Of a stretch of 64,000 nucleotides of DNA, positions 25,324 to 38,021 are shown one piece after another. The position numbers and the translations under genes are program-made. Within the stretch, counting starts at the first letter, position 1. Each line of letters starts with the position of its first letter. The notes beneath the pieces are model-generated. The model was not told the DNA's origin and did no database searches. It worked only from the letters and a program-made list of their open reading frames with translations. The DNA is from Felis catus (Eukaryota), in the NCBI RefSeq assembly GCF_018350175.1, contig NC_058382.1, positions 51,772,001-51,836,000 of the forward strand, read 5' to 3'.

Positions 25324-25980
25324 TTTTTTTTTTTTTTAATTTAAATTCAAGCTATTTCACATACAGTATAGTCTTGGCTTCAGGAGTAGAACCCAGTGAT
25401 TCATCACTAACATATGATACCCAGTGCTCGTCCCGAAAAGTGCTCTCCTTAATGCCCATCACCCATTTAACACATCTGCCCCACCCACCTCCCCTCCAGC
25501 AACCCTCAGCTTGTTCTCTGTATTTAAGAGTCTCTTATGGTTTGCCCTCTCTCTGTTTTTATCTTATTTTCCTTCCCTTCCCCTATGCTCATCTGTTGTG
25601 TGTCTCAAATTCCACATATGAATGAAATCACGGTATCTGTCTTTCTCTGACTTATTTCGCTTAGAATACCTTCCAGTTCCACCCACGTTGTTGTTGCAAA
25701 TGGCAAGATTTCATTCTTCCTGATCGCTGAGTAATGTTCCATCATATATACCACACCTTCCTTATTTATTCATCAGTCGATGGTCATTTGGACTCTTTCC
25801 GTAATTTGGCTATTGTGGATAGCGCTGCTATCGACATTGGGGTGCATGTGTCCCTTCAGATCGGCATTTTTGTATCCTTTGGATGAATTCCTTAGTGCAA
25901 TTGCTCGGTCGGAGGGTAGTTCTATTTTGAATTTTTTGAGGAACCCCCATAAGGTTTTCCAGAGTGGCTGCACCAGTTTG
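25324..25980 (-). mobile_element. Carnivore L1 3' fragment (antisense to VAT1L)
   Basis: Poly-T start, then tatttaagagtctcttatggtttg, ctttctctgacttatttcgcttag and ttgaggaacccccataaggttttccagagtggctgcaccagttt, the reverse complement of the L1 ORF2 end and 3' UTR. Confidence 0.9.
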
Positions 25981-27438
25981 GAGTTAGTACTCAATCTGGC
26001 AGCACCTGTGTTTGAATACTCACACGTATTCCTCCATTTGGCAGATTTTCTTGAGCGCCTGCTATGTTGCTGCGGGCCTGGTGCATGCCGGGCACTCTGG
26101 AAGCAAAGAAATACGAGGCACGCAGCTGCCTTCAAGGGGGACACACATCAGCGATACTTCAGCCGGGGCAGTTGTGAAACCTGCCTGATGTGTGAGCAGC
26201 AAAACCTTGGGAAGGTGGCTCCTTTTGAGCCCACCTTTCAAGGAAGTCACCCTCCTCGCCATTATCCATTCTCTGTGGATGGGACTGAGGAGTGGAGGCC
26301 AGGAGCCATAGGTACAATTTGATGTTTCCTTGGCTCCACAGAGGTGGGGAGAGGAACGGACAAGCTGTGTTTCAAAAGTAGTTCGAGCAGTCTTGCTTGG
26401 AAAAGAAGCTGTGGCCAGATGCTAATGGGCCACATGGAAGAGTCTGGTTTCTATAACCCCAGACTTTCTTAAGATGGTGGCTTATGAAGACAGGAAGTAC
26501 ATTAGAGCATCCGGTGGAAAAAAAATACACATTCACTGGGATGTGTTTTCTCATTTGATTAGTTAATGAGTATTCAATGCACTTTCCCAGAGTAGCTCTC
26601 AAAAAAGACAACAACAGTTTGGAGCATTGGCATTATTCTCACGAAAATCAAGTATATGGTTTTCCAAGGAGGTGGTTTAATATATCTTAATGATAACTTT
26701 CCTATTTCAAAAGTAATATGTTAATAGAAACGACTAATCACTTTTCTCATCCAGAGAGAACTAAGATTTTCGAAACAGTCTCTCCAGTATTACCATATCC
26801 ATTGATCTATCCGTTTGATCTCACTTCTTCTAGTTACCGTCCCCCCTGTTGGACATAACGTAGTCTCTCCGTCGTTCATATTCGCCTTTATGGGCGCTGT
26901 ATATGGCACAGTGCTGCTAGGAGTTTCTGTGATGACTGATGTGTGACAGTTGTTCCAAGACCTTTTAAATTGGTCTTTTTTCTCTCTGATTCTCAGTAGA
27001 TTGGCTGATGGCCATTATGTCTGGCTGCTTTCCCTGTGTCTTCTTATCACTTCTTCCTAGTATATTCTTTACCCTTGACAAAGTGTTAGCATGGCTAATG
27101 ACTGGGCTATTTAGTACATGTTGTTAGATTAAGCAGGCTCTGAGGGGACAAAGGGGCGGTCTTTTGAATTGGAAGGCCACCTCTGCGATGGCTATTTTAA
27201 CTGCCAGGAAAGCATCCCTTATCTAGAGAGATAACTGTTTTGCTTTATTAGTGAGGTCCAGCCAAATGACTTACTATTAGGCATATTTTTCCAGGAAGGA
27301 AAAAGAAAAAAAAAAAGAAAGGAGGGAGGAATGGGGCAAGGGAAGGAGGGACGAGAAGGGAATGGAAGAAAAGTCAGGTCGTTGTGTTCTCTTGGCTCTC
27401 ATTTTGAATGTCTCTCTTTTCAAATTTGTCGTTCACAG

Positions 27439-27568
27439 TGGATTAAACTTCATTGACTTGATGGTACGACAAGGGAACATCGATAACCCTCCTAAGACTC
27501 CCCTGGTGCCAGGATTTGAGTGTTCTGGGATCGTGGAAGCTCTGGGGGACAGCGTGAAAGGATACGAG
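27439..27568 (+). CDS. VAT1L: VAT1L coding exon 2 (130 nt)
   Basis: Acceptor ...tttgtcgttcacag|T and donor GAG|gtaatg. Encodes (C)GLNFIDLMVRQGNIDNPPKTPLVPGFECSGIVEALGDSVKGYE, the MDR GroES-like domain segment. 233+130=363 nt restores the frame. Confidence 0.96.
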
Positions 27569-29053
27569 GTAATGTTTTGGCTAATGACGGAAGAAGTAAT
27601 ACCTATGTGGAATCTGTTGCGATCAGAAAAGATGAGGCAAAAAATGTTTGCGAGAACATGTGTGTGTTAGGACTGTTGTCTTATTGTTAGGGTTTGTTTT
27701 TTAAACAATGTTTATCAAAAATAGATTTTCCACATACCCTGTGCATCTCTCATGCACGATCTTGGTTGCTCCTGGGAACAGTCTGGGAAGTGGCCCAGGA
27801 AACGAAAGTTTCCCTTTTCTTCATGTGATATAGCTGAACAAGACCGTGTCGCCTCGGGTCAACCAGGTGGGCATACTCCCTCACCCTGCACATGGCTCCC
27901 ATCTGCCCCGTACCTCAGGTGCAAAAATCGACGACACAACATAGCAGCTGGGGAGAAATAGCCTCTGTATTTCATAATTTGGTTCCCTTAGGTATCTACT
28001 TAACTGATGCATTTAAGTAATCTTTTTTAAACCATTATTTCAGACACTGGGGAGGTGACGCTTTTAAACGATGATTTTAAAGGCAAAGGGTAGAAGTACC
28101 TGTCAATGAAGCAGAATTGGCCGTGGGTTGATAGCTTTGGAAATAGGGCAACGGATAAAAAGGGTTATATTTTTCTGACTATTTTGTAAGTGTTTACAAT
28201 TCTCTATAATAAAAAATTTTCAATCGATGAAAAGACATATGACCCTTCCTACCACGGTAATGCAAATCAAACAGAATCCGGTCTCTAATGACTGAAAAAC
28301 TGTGGGCAAATCAATCGCACAAAACCGCAGCCGTTTGGAGCGAGGAAAACCAATGCCAATCAGATACAAGAGCTCTCGCTCATAACTTAAGGGCTTCCCC
28401 AGGGAGAAACGAACAGAGCTAACATGTGAGAACCCGGCGTAACCAGAAACATGGGCAAATCATTCTTTTTCAGCCTTACCGCAATGCTGCGAGATAAATA
28501 CTGCTATTGTCCCTTTGGAGATGAAGTTCAGAAGGGTGCAGTTGTTTCCTTTGAGGTCAACGCAAAGGTAGTTGAATCTGGAACCGACTCTTCTTACAAT
28601 CCCATGTTCTTTGCCCCTGCTCCCAACCTGCAAATGCTGCGGGGCTAAATGCAGGAAGGAAAATCTTATAAATGGAATGCCAAAAAGCCCTTGGCATTGA
28701 ATTTGAGACTGCTGCTCAATCTCAAATATACTCTGCGAGTATTAGTATGCTCTAAATTCATTGTGACAAATGTCTGAAAGTCTCATCCCACTCAGCATTT
28801 TGCCACCGGTTTCCAGATAATCGAGCAGAAAAGTGTTAAGAAAGAAGTAAATGCGCTTTTTCCTTTCTTTCATATGGCTTTGCATTTTCGGTCCCCAGGT
28901 AAGCAATAGAACCAGTGGTAGCACCCTACCCCTCACCCCCGCTTCCCTCCAGTGTCTTCCAGCTGGACAAACAAATGAAAGAAGCCACCTACAGGTGTCC
29001 AGTCAGGGTGTGGCTTGGGGGAAAGCCAGTACTAATTTTCCCCCTGGAATTCT

Positions 29054-29276
29054 TTTTTTTAAATTTTTTTTTCAACGTTTATTTATTATGGGGACAGAGA
29101 GAGACAGAGCATGAACGGGGGAGGGGCAGAGAGAGAGGGAGACACAGAATCGGAAACAGGCTCCAGGCTCCGAGCCATCAGCCCAGAGCCCGACGCGGGG
29201 CTCGAACTCCCGGACCGTGAGATCGTGACCTGGCTGAAGTCGGACGCTTAACCCGACTGCGCCACCCAGGCGCCCC
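29054..29276 (-). mobile_element. Young felid CanSINE (SINEC_Fc-like) in intron 2
   Basis: Perfect 15-bp TSD TCCCCCTGGAATTCT at 29039-29053 and 29277-29291. Near-identical to the 22538 and 24744 copies. Confidence 0.95.
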
Positions 29277-30873
29277 TCCCCCTGGAATTCTGATTTAGTT
29301 TTTTCAATCATGTTGGAGATGGGATTTCATGAAACAACACACTGAATAGCTCTGTTGGTTTGATCCAGTGCAAGGGAGGCTTGAAAAGTTGTCTCCAGAG
29401 GTACGGTGGTAAAGGAATAATTTGGGCTCAACCGCCCAGGACGAACTTCTTTTTATTAACAAAATCAACTAATGAGGTCAACTGGATATTTAACACAAAA
29501 AACAACAAAGGAGCTGCCTACCTCTGGACTCAGGCTAGGGCTGATGTGATGGCTAAGCCACTCTTGCCATTTTCATGGAGCAAAGCTGAATAAGAGACTG
29601 GAGCAGTCAGCCCTGTGACAGGGTGATCAGCCCTGTCAAGGTGGTTAAACTACTCTCCACTGTCCTCTGTGTGGACACTGGGGGTCATCAGCTACTCCGT
29701 GGTATTTTTGGATCTTCGGTTTGCATGATTCAGTGCAAAAGAGAATGCCAGTGTTAGACCTTGGTTATCCTCTGGCCCAAGCGGTTGCACGTAAGATGGT
29801 AACTCTCAACAATCACCATTTGGCCTTCAACCCTTCCAGGGATTGGGACACTCACTGCCAGGGAATAGCCTTTCCTTTCCGTCAGTTCTTTCGTTAGACA
29901 GCCATTCCTTCTAGTTCGTGAAATAGGTCTGTATTCAGTGTGCGATCATTGAGCTGGGAGTCCCACGAGGCCAGGAACCCATCTGTTCTCTCAAAGAGTC
30001 AACAACGATTGTTCTTTCCTCGCTTTTCATGCCCCGTGCCAAGAGTACGGCATGTGTGTTATGTTATCTCGTCTCTGGGAGGACCCTTTCCTTACATCAT
30101 ACTCATTTTACAGCTGAAGAAACGGAGACTTAAAGAGTGACACCAATATTCCCAAAAGTGGTAGGTTCTTTGGTAGACACCTTTAGAAAAATAGGTCTCT
30201 GTAGCATGTACCTCAGGTGTGATGAATTAATCATTCGTATCTAGAGTCAGCCTTGGTACACTCAACTCCTGGCTCAGCTACTCCCTAGCTACTTGACCTT
30301 GGGCAGGTGCTTTCATGTCTCTTGGCCTCAATATAAATGCCTGTAAAATCTATAATCCTTCATCTGCAATGCGAGCTCTTACACCCCCATCTCATAGGAG
30401 GCTTTTGTTGTTGTTTGTTGAGGAGGGGATGAAGGGAAATGCTAAGCTAAGAGAAAATAAGACAGGAGGCTCAATTGTAAGTATATGAAACTAAAGCACA
30501 TGTGTATGAAAGCCATTCATTGATTGAAAATTCGCTACGACCACAGCAATTTGAATACTGCATTGGAAAGTCTGCATTTGAAAGCAACTAACACCAAAGA
30601 GCAGAGTGGGTCAGCTTAACCAGCACTGAGCAGTTCATACAAGTCATCAATATCAGTTCACTTAGTTGTATTTCCCTTTAATAATGATATACTATGAAAA
30701 AGCTTACCATATCACCTGAACGACTTTAAAGGGAAGAATGCCACTCCCCCCACTTTTTTTTTTGTTTTTTGCATGATGTCTGGCTATGTAAAAAACTGGT
30801 GAAAAGAACACGCATTCAGCCATGCCTTCATAGCGGTTTGTAAAGATTAGATGAGTTAAAACATGTGACACCC

Positions 30874-31062
30874 GGGGCGCCTGGGTGGCTCGGTCAGTTA
30901 ACCGTCTGACTTCGACTCAGGTCATGATCTCATGGTTCGGGGGTTCGAGCCCCGCGTCGGGCTCTGTGCTGACAGTGCTGAGCCTGGAGCCTGCTTCAGA
31001 GTGTGTGTCTCCCTCTCTCTCTGCCCCTCTCCTGCTCACGTTCTGTCTCTCTCTCTCAAAAA

Positions 31063-31093
<31 letters not shown>

Positions 31094-31135
31094 ACATTTA
31101 AAAAAATTAAAAAAAAAAAACCCAAAACCAAAAAC
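30874..31135 (+). mobile_element. CanSINE with (AAAT)n tail in intron 2
   Basis: SINE head, body and tail, with TSD ACATGTGACACCC at 30861-30873 and 31136-31148. Confidence 0.93.
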
Positions 31136-31789
31136 ACATGTGACACCCCTAGGACAACGCCTGACATATAACACATGTCCAAAAAAAGGTTATTCTTCAT
31201 ACCTGGCGGCATCTCCCTAGTCTGCTCTAAGTTTGGCTGTTCTTGTTCAGTCTCCTGCACTTAGGTTTCCATGGCTTCTTCTGATGCACCACGTTTCACC
31301 TCTACTGTGATCGGTAATCCGGTGCTAGGCTTTGATGCAAATATCCCAATGCACTAGCCTGGCAGGGAGTCCATGTGGAGTGGAAGAAAACAGATGAGAG
31401 GAGATAACCTAGCCCCGCCTGTGTAAACTGCCTTATGGCTTAGTTTTCCTCCACTCCAAAACAGAGATAGGACGAGAGGTTGCGTTGGTCAAATGAGATT
31501 CTGACACCAGTATTCCACGGTGTGTGATGTGGTGACCTTGTATAGGAGAGCTTCAGAAGGCAGATGGAGACCTGGCTTCTATGACTCCTGGCAAGTTTTC
31601 ATAGATGGGCTTCAGAGCATCCGCAAATGCCTTGGAATTGGGAGGCCGGTGAGGGTGTGCATGTTTGAGGGTTTGGGCTTTCTTTGTGGGAAGGAATCTA
31701 TAGTTTTCATCAGGTTCTTAAGAGTATTTGAGAAATCTTTCAGGAAAGAGTAGGAAGCTTCCATTAACCATGTGCTTCCTCGTGCCCAG

Positions 31790-32005
31790 ATCGGGGACCG
31801 TGTCATGGCATTTGTCAATTACAATGCCTGGGCAGAGGTGGTCTGCACGCCAGTGGAATTTGTCTACAAGATCCCAGATGACATGAGCTTCTCAGAGGCT
31901 GCCGCATTCCCCATGAACTTCGTCACAGCCTATATGATGCTCTTCGAAGTTGCCAACCTCCGAGAAGGAATGTCCGTGCTGGTGCACTCAGCTGGCGGTG
32001 GTGTG
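31790..32005 (+). CDS. VAT1L: VAT1L coding exon 3 (216 nt, phase 0-0)
   Basis: Acceptor ...cttcctcgtgcccag|ATC with a TTAAC branch-like motif at 31764-31768, and donor GTG|gtaagt. Encodes IGDRVMAFVNYNAWAEVVCTPVEFVYKIPDDMSFSEAAAFPMNFVTAYMMLFEVANLREGMSVLVHSAGGGV, ending in the glycine-rich NAD(P)H-binding motif. Confidence 0.96.
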
Positions 32006-34188
32006 GTAAGTTGGTTGGTTGCGCGTCCTCTTCCTCAGTATCGTTATGGTGAAGGTGGACTGATACCCAGTTGACAGTGAGGTTCTTATGTGAGCTATTG
32101 TCCATCCGTAGGGATGATCTCTGTGGTTCTGGATGAAGCACATATGCATGGCTCATATAGATGATTGCGCTGGGGGTAGAATGAGCCTCTGGGGTTTGAA
32201 AAGTCTCTGAGATGGCATGTTAGGACTCAGTGGGTCTCAGGGATGGTTTCAGTCTTGGTGTCACAATGGACTATTATGTCGATCATTGTGCAACGGCTTA
32301 TAAGTCATGTACTACCGGTATGATCCGAAACACCAAAATGGTGGATGATTTACTTCTTCAATAAGTTGCCATGGATTCTAGGTTGTTCCCATATTAATGA
32401 CATCCTTATTCATTTGTGTTCTGATCTATTTTCTTGAGTGGGAGAGGTGGATGGAGATTGTATTAGCACGCTGGGCATCACACATAAACCTAAGAATGTC
32501 TGTGCGAGTAGGTGAACCTGCTAATATCACCTGTCAGCTGTGGCTTTGGTAAGGGGAGAAATAATGGAAATACAAAGTTGCTGCCTTAGAGCTCAGGGAT
32601 GGCAGAAATTTCTTCCATGGTTTGGATGTGTCTCAGCCCCAGGCACTCAGTCCATATTACACGCCTGCCATGTGGTAAGCACTGTGTTCCCATCACGGTC
32701 TACTGGAGTCAGAGTAGAGCTCTAGTCTTTCTGAGCACGAGAAGTATAACTCATTAATTCAACAAGTGTTTATTGAATACATTCTATGTTCTGGATTCTA
32801 TGGGTTGGAGATTAAAAAGAGAAGGTCCCGATACACCCTTGAGTAGGGTTGCTCTCAGTATTGGTGATTTTGTGGTTTGATGAGCTCAGAAATGAATTCA
32901 TACGCTTGGGTCTATCCATAAAGATGTTTTCCGCAGAGGTTCCGCTAACATTCATTCTTTCCTTATCTGGGCTTTCTACAACTATCAAAATCTTATGCAG
33001 TATAAAGCGCATTTCTGTTTTGCTCTCCAAGAAGACGAACTCACGTACAAAAACGTGAAGGCAAAGTCGTGAAACTTAAGGAATATCTTCAATCACCTTA
33101 GCAAATTTGCTGATGTCTTTTGACCATGAGTAAAGATATAATAAAAGCTAAACATCCTTAGAAAAGAAATGGATTTCAGTGCCAGTGAATCTCCTAACAG
33201 CAAGCAAGCCATTTAGAATGCTGGCATTTATGATCTCCGTGTGCTCAGCATACCAAGTGCCAGAGACTGGTTTTCATATTAACAACAGAAGCTCCCCTCT
33301 TTACAGTGGTGCTGGACCCCGTTCTGCTGAGAGCCAGTGTTTAAACACTGGCACTGATGATGTTTTCTTTCTGATTTTTTTTTTTTTCATTTTGAGTTTG
33401 TTCCTGGAACAAAGAGGCGTGCATCGAGGGCACGTGTCTGTCTCACAAAAGGGAAGAAAACCTTGGGAAATAACAAAAGTTCTTGTCATGCTTTATTCAG
33501 GGCTTCTAGACACTATCACGGTAAAGATCCAAAGAGTGAAACATGTGAAGGCAAACCGGGGGAAGGGATGAGGAGGTAGGAAGAGAAGTCCGTGCCCATA
33601 ATGCAGACTCTGACGTCCTAAAGCTTTGCTGCGGACTTTTCCTTCCTAATAGTGAGCGCAAAGAGGGAAGAACAACCAGCCACGCAAGCTAGTGTTCATT
33701 TGAAGGAAACAAACCAGTTACGAGGGGAAACGGTACCCAGTACTGGGTTTTGAGACCAGGGAAATATTTCTCTGCGGTTTCTCATAAGAAATGTATGCAA
33801 TACACAATAAACTGCCCTCAACAATACTGGTGTAATACAGGCAGCTATTTCTGTGATGGCTTTTCTTATGGTGTATCCCTAACATCATCTAGTAGCACCA
33901 AAATAAAGCAAAATTTAGTGAAAGCAGATACCTTGGGGCCAAAAGGATGTAGTCTGGCTTAACCTACAGAGAGTTTAAAGGTGTCATTGGGCGGCCCATC
34001 TCTCAGGCGAGTGGGTCTCCTTGAATGGTATTTCTCCCAACCAAGATTTGATTGGTGGTGTGGAGCACTGAGTTCAAGGTGACCATTAAAGGAAAGACTT
34101 TTGACGAAGTGCACATCCATGTGTATGAACACTCAACCAAGCTGGGTGGAGTTGACACTCTCTGACAAAAACCAAAGAGTCCTAGGGC

Positions 34189-34400
34189 GGGGGTGCCTGG
34201 GTGGCTCGGTCGGTTGAGCATCCGACTCCTGATTTCAGCTCAGGTCAAGATCCCAGGGTTGGTGGGATCGAGCCCCGCGCCAGGCTCCACAATGAACATG
34301 GAACCTGCTTGGGATTCTCCCTCTGTTTCTCTCTGCTCCTCCTCCCTGCTCATGCTCTCTCTCTTTCTCCCTCAAAACAACAACAACGACAACAACAACG

Positions 34401-34437
<37 letters not shown>

Positions 34438-34440
34438 AAA
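34189..34440 (+). mobile_element. CanSINE whose tail has become a (CAA)n microsatellite
   Basis: SINE head ggggtgcctgggtggctcggtcggttgag. (CAA)n with CGA interruptions at ~34376-34436. Imperfect GAGTCCT(A/C)GG flanking repeat. Confidence 0.9.
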
Positions 34441-34678
34441 GGAGTCCTCGGAAGAGCCCAGACCATTCCATTGCCCCGCCAGGGAAAGACCAGTGAGACA
34501 CTACCAGGCAGAGCTAGGTTCCTCCCAAGAACACAACCAGCCACTATTCTTGTGGTTGGGGGAGACCTCCCTAGGGAATACATTTTATGTGTTATCTGTA
34601 GCATCCTGGGGAGGAATGGGGGCGCTTCTCACCACTGTGGGGCAAATCTGGTAAGCGCAGCCTCTGGCTCATGTTTGC

Positions 34679-35136
34679 TGTGGTAACAGGAGACTGACCT
34701 CCCGCAGACGATCTGTGCTCTAATCCCTAAAGTGAGTACCTAACCTTACATGGCCAAGGAATTTTGCAAATGTGATTAAGGTAAGGACCTTGAGATGGAC
34801 AGAAGATCCTGGATTGTCCAGGTGGCCCCCCATGTCACCACAAGGGTCCTTATGGATAGAAAAGGGAGGTGGAAGAGCCAGAAAGAGATTTAAAGAGGCT
34901 ACACTGCTGACTTTGCTGATGGAGGAAGAGACCACAAGCCCAGGCATGTGGGCGGTCTCTAGATGGCTGGAAAAGACAGGGAGATGCGTTCTTCCCCTGG
35001 AGCTTCCGGAAGGAACGCTTTGATTTTAGCCGAGTGAAATCCATTTTGGATTTCTGATCTCCAGAAAGAAATAGAATAAATCTGTTTTTCTGGAGCCACT
35101 ATGTGTGGTAATTTACGGTAATGAGAAATGAATACA
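34679..35136 (+). mobile_element. MaLR solo LTR (MLT1C/D-like)
   Basis: TG start, ttacatggc...tttgcaaatgtgattaag...ccttgagatgg...atcctggattgtccaggtgg, cttcccctggagcttccggaaggaac, AATAAA, and end aatACA. Confidence 0.85.
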
Positions 35137-35573
35137 GCCACCTTCCCTGGGCTGCCTCCCTTCTCACCGCGGAGCACGCACAGCCAGCAGCAAAACTAGG
35201 ATTCAACACCCTACTCTGGCTGATGCCGAAACCTATTCTGTCTCCACTCGACAGCCTGGAGTCTTGGGAGAACCCAAATCATTCCTCCCTTCATTTATTC
35301 ATTTGCCTGACAGATGCTTGTTCAACCTCTACCCAGGGCTGACTGTAGGGCCGAGGGCTGTGGCCCAGGTGTATGTTTTCTGACTTGATGTTGATAGGAT
35401 GACGGAGATTAGACCTAATTAGGATAAAGTTTCCCAGATCGAGTTAACATGAAGTTTGCAGGTCTCATGGCGCCAAGACCCCTGTCTGATTTTTATCCAA
35501 GGCTGGGGAATTTGCAGACAGGACGTGTGGAACACCAGCCTGAACTGTGATTTCGAAGGACACTACTACGGCA

Positions 35574-36034
35574 CAGCCGTCCCTGCCTTCTCCAAGGGGG
35601 GGGAGGGTACTTTCCAAGACCCGCCGCGGATGCCCAGAACCGCAGGTAGTACCAGACTCTGTGCAGACCGTGCTTGTTCCTACACGTACACACCTGTGAC
35701 AAAGTTTAATTTATAAATTAGGTGCAGTAAGAGGTTAACAACCACAGCAAGAAACAGAACCGCTGCAACTTATATTGTAATAAAAGTTATAGGAAGGGGA
35801 CCTCAAAATATTGTACTGTACTCACCGCTCTTGTGATGACGTGAGACGCTACGATGCCTATGTGGTGACGTGACGTGACGTGAGGTGAATGGCGTAGGCG
35901 TTGGGAGGCGGCGTTAGGCTCCTACTGAGTTTCTGATCATCCGTCAGAAGGAGGATCACCTGCTTCCGGATCCAGGTTGACCGCGGGCAGCTGAAACCGT
36001 GGAAAGCAAAACCGCGGATAAGGAGAAACGACTG
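35574..36034. mobile_element. MER44/Tigger7-like Tc1-mariner nonautonomous element
   Basis: Degenerate TIRs cagccgtccc...cttctcc and gcggataaggagaaacgactg. Internal aaagtttaatttataaattagg...agtaagag is typical of MER44. Confidence 0.75.
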
Positions 36035-37997
36035 CATAGGAAAACAGTCCTGTCCAGAGTAGAATACTTTCTCAGTGGAACTGCCCCGGTGTCTACACTG
36101 CTCTGTCACATCTTTGAAGGCACTTTGCCCCTGGCAATAGCAGAACCAGATAAGTCTGAGAAGGTAATGCCCCTAATCACATCTTTAGAACCCAGTTGAA
36201 AACGGGCTTGCAACCTCTTAAAGGAAAAGGAACAAAATAAGTAACCGAGTGGGGCTCGTGTCAGGAACTTCACGACGAGGGTTTTGCCGCCCATCCCATT
36301 TAACGAGCTGCTAGGACTTGGAGCATCTCGATTGGGATGTGCTCAGTTTCTGGAGATCAGTGTGACTGTCATCCTCTGGGTATCTGCTTCCGTGACTGCC
36401 ATTTGATGCTTTCCAGTTTTTGGCATCCTTTTACCTTTTCATCATCTCAGCTGAACAGAGAGAAGGCAGCCGGCGATGGGCCAGAGATCTTGGAAAGGAA
36501 AGCAGAGCTCGACTTTCAGACACAGTTATGTAGCTACTGCTCAATTATTAAATTCTATTCATTATAGATGGGGCATTTCCAGTGTCGTTCAAATCACTCT
36601 GAAGAAGAGCCACAGAAAGGAGAGCCAGGATCTTTGGAGGGGGCCCTCTGAGGCTCCCCTACCTCACGGGGTCCCCCGAGTGGCCGACTAACCATGAGCA
36701 TTACACGGTCAGAGCCTGGGGAGAGTGGGGGTCCCCGGCGTGTCGGAGGATTTGGACATATCAGATAGCCATTCTATTTTAGCAGAAAAGACAACGACCA
36801 TCTGCAAAATCACTACGTGAGAGTATTTTGTTGAAAACAAACCTGTCATTGATCATGGAAGGCACTCACATCTACCCAACTAATCTAGCCAGCAACCCAG
36901 GAACCACGGTGAGCCCTTCTCCTGCATGCGAGAAGTTTCCACATCCTCTGATCCGTTCCTTTATTCATTCACTCATCCAGCCCAGAGGTAGCAAGGGCCC
37001 GCTCAGTTCCAGACACTGGATTAGGCACTAGGCGTTCAACATAGAAAAACACCAGATTTTCTTCATTCAGTGAGATGCCCTATAAATCAAAGGTGGGCAT
37101 ATACATCAAATAATCACAGGGATAACTTTGCCAAGTGCTAGGAAAGGGAAAAAGGAGCCAAAAGAGTGCTTGTCATAGGGAAATGACCTGGGGTAGAGGT
37201 GAGGGCTGAAGTCGGCGGTGGGGGGGGTCCCCCAAGGAAGTGGCATTTGCACTGTGATGTCTGGAGGATAAGCAGATAGACAAGAGTGGAGACAGAGGTG
37301 GAGGTGGAGGGTAGGGCATTCATGAGACATAGAGGCAGGGGTAGGCATAAAGAATTACAGACCGTAGGACCTTCCCTACAGCCACCCGCCGTTCTCTGCC
37401 GCGTCTCCTGCTGCTTTCATCATGGCCCTGGTCTCTCTCACCCACTTTACTGCAACGGCCATTCGACTGCCTTCCTGTGCACAGCCTCCTAAGTCAGCTC
37501 TACTGGCGGCCAACACCCCAGTCTTCTCTGGTCACTCCTTGTGACCCGCGGACACTCCCACTGTTGGGAGGACAGAGTTCGGTCTCCTTAGCTTCTCGGC
37601 CCCCAAATGGCCCTCATCATCTGGATCTTGTCTTTCTCCCTGGCCACTTCTCCCTATCCCTCTTCTCTTGGTGACACAGGACTCGAAGCTTCCATAGGCA
37701 CGTGGCCCAGATGGCCGCCCAGCCAGGGACTGCATTTTCCAGCCAGCCCGCCCCGCCGGGCCCTGCATCTAGCTGGGGCCACACCCCTGAGCTCAAGCCC
37801 GTGGGCCACGGCAGAGGCCGCCGTGTGATGCCCACCGCTAACCTTGTGCCCCTTCTTGTGAGACCCTCTGCGCTGTCTTCCTAGTTTCCTGGCAGATGGT
37901 GAGGCTGACCCGGAGCATACGTTAAAGACAGCGGAGTCTCCATCTGCCCAGGACTTGCGGTTCCTGCCTTTTCCTGCCCTGTCGTGTCGCCGCCCCT

Positions 37998-38021
37998 CCC
38001 CCCCCCCCCCCCCCCCCCCCC
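37998..38021. repeat. poly-C run (24 nt)
   Basis: Read directly from the sequence. Confidence 0.9.

Noticed and set aside
25773..26322. 123 aa and 180 aa ORFs
   Set aside because: They overlap an L1 fragment (ORF2 C-terminal remnant and its antisense) and run into unique sequence without exon signals.
34193..34686. ORFs with poly-Q, poly-N, poly-V or poly-C tracts
   Set aside because: These are translations of the (CAA)n tail of a CanSINE.
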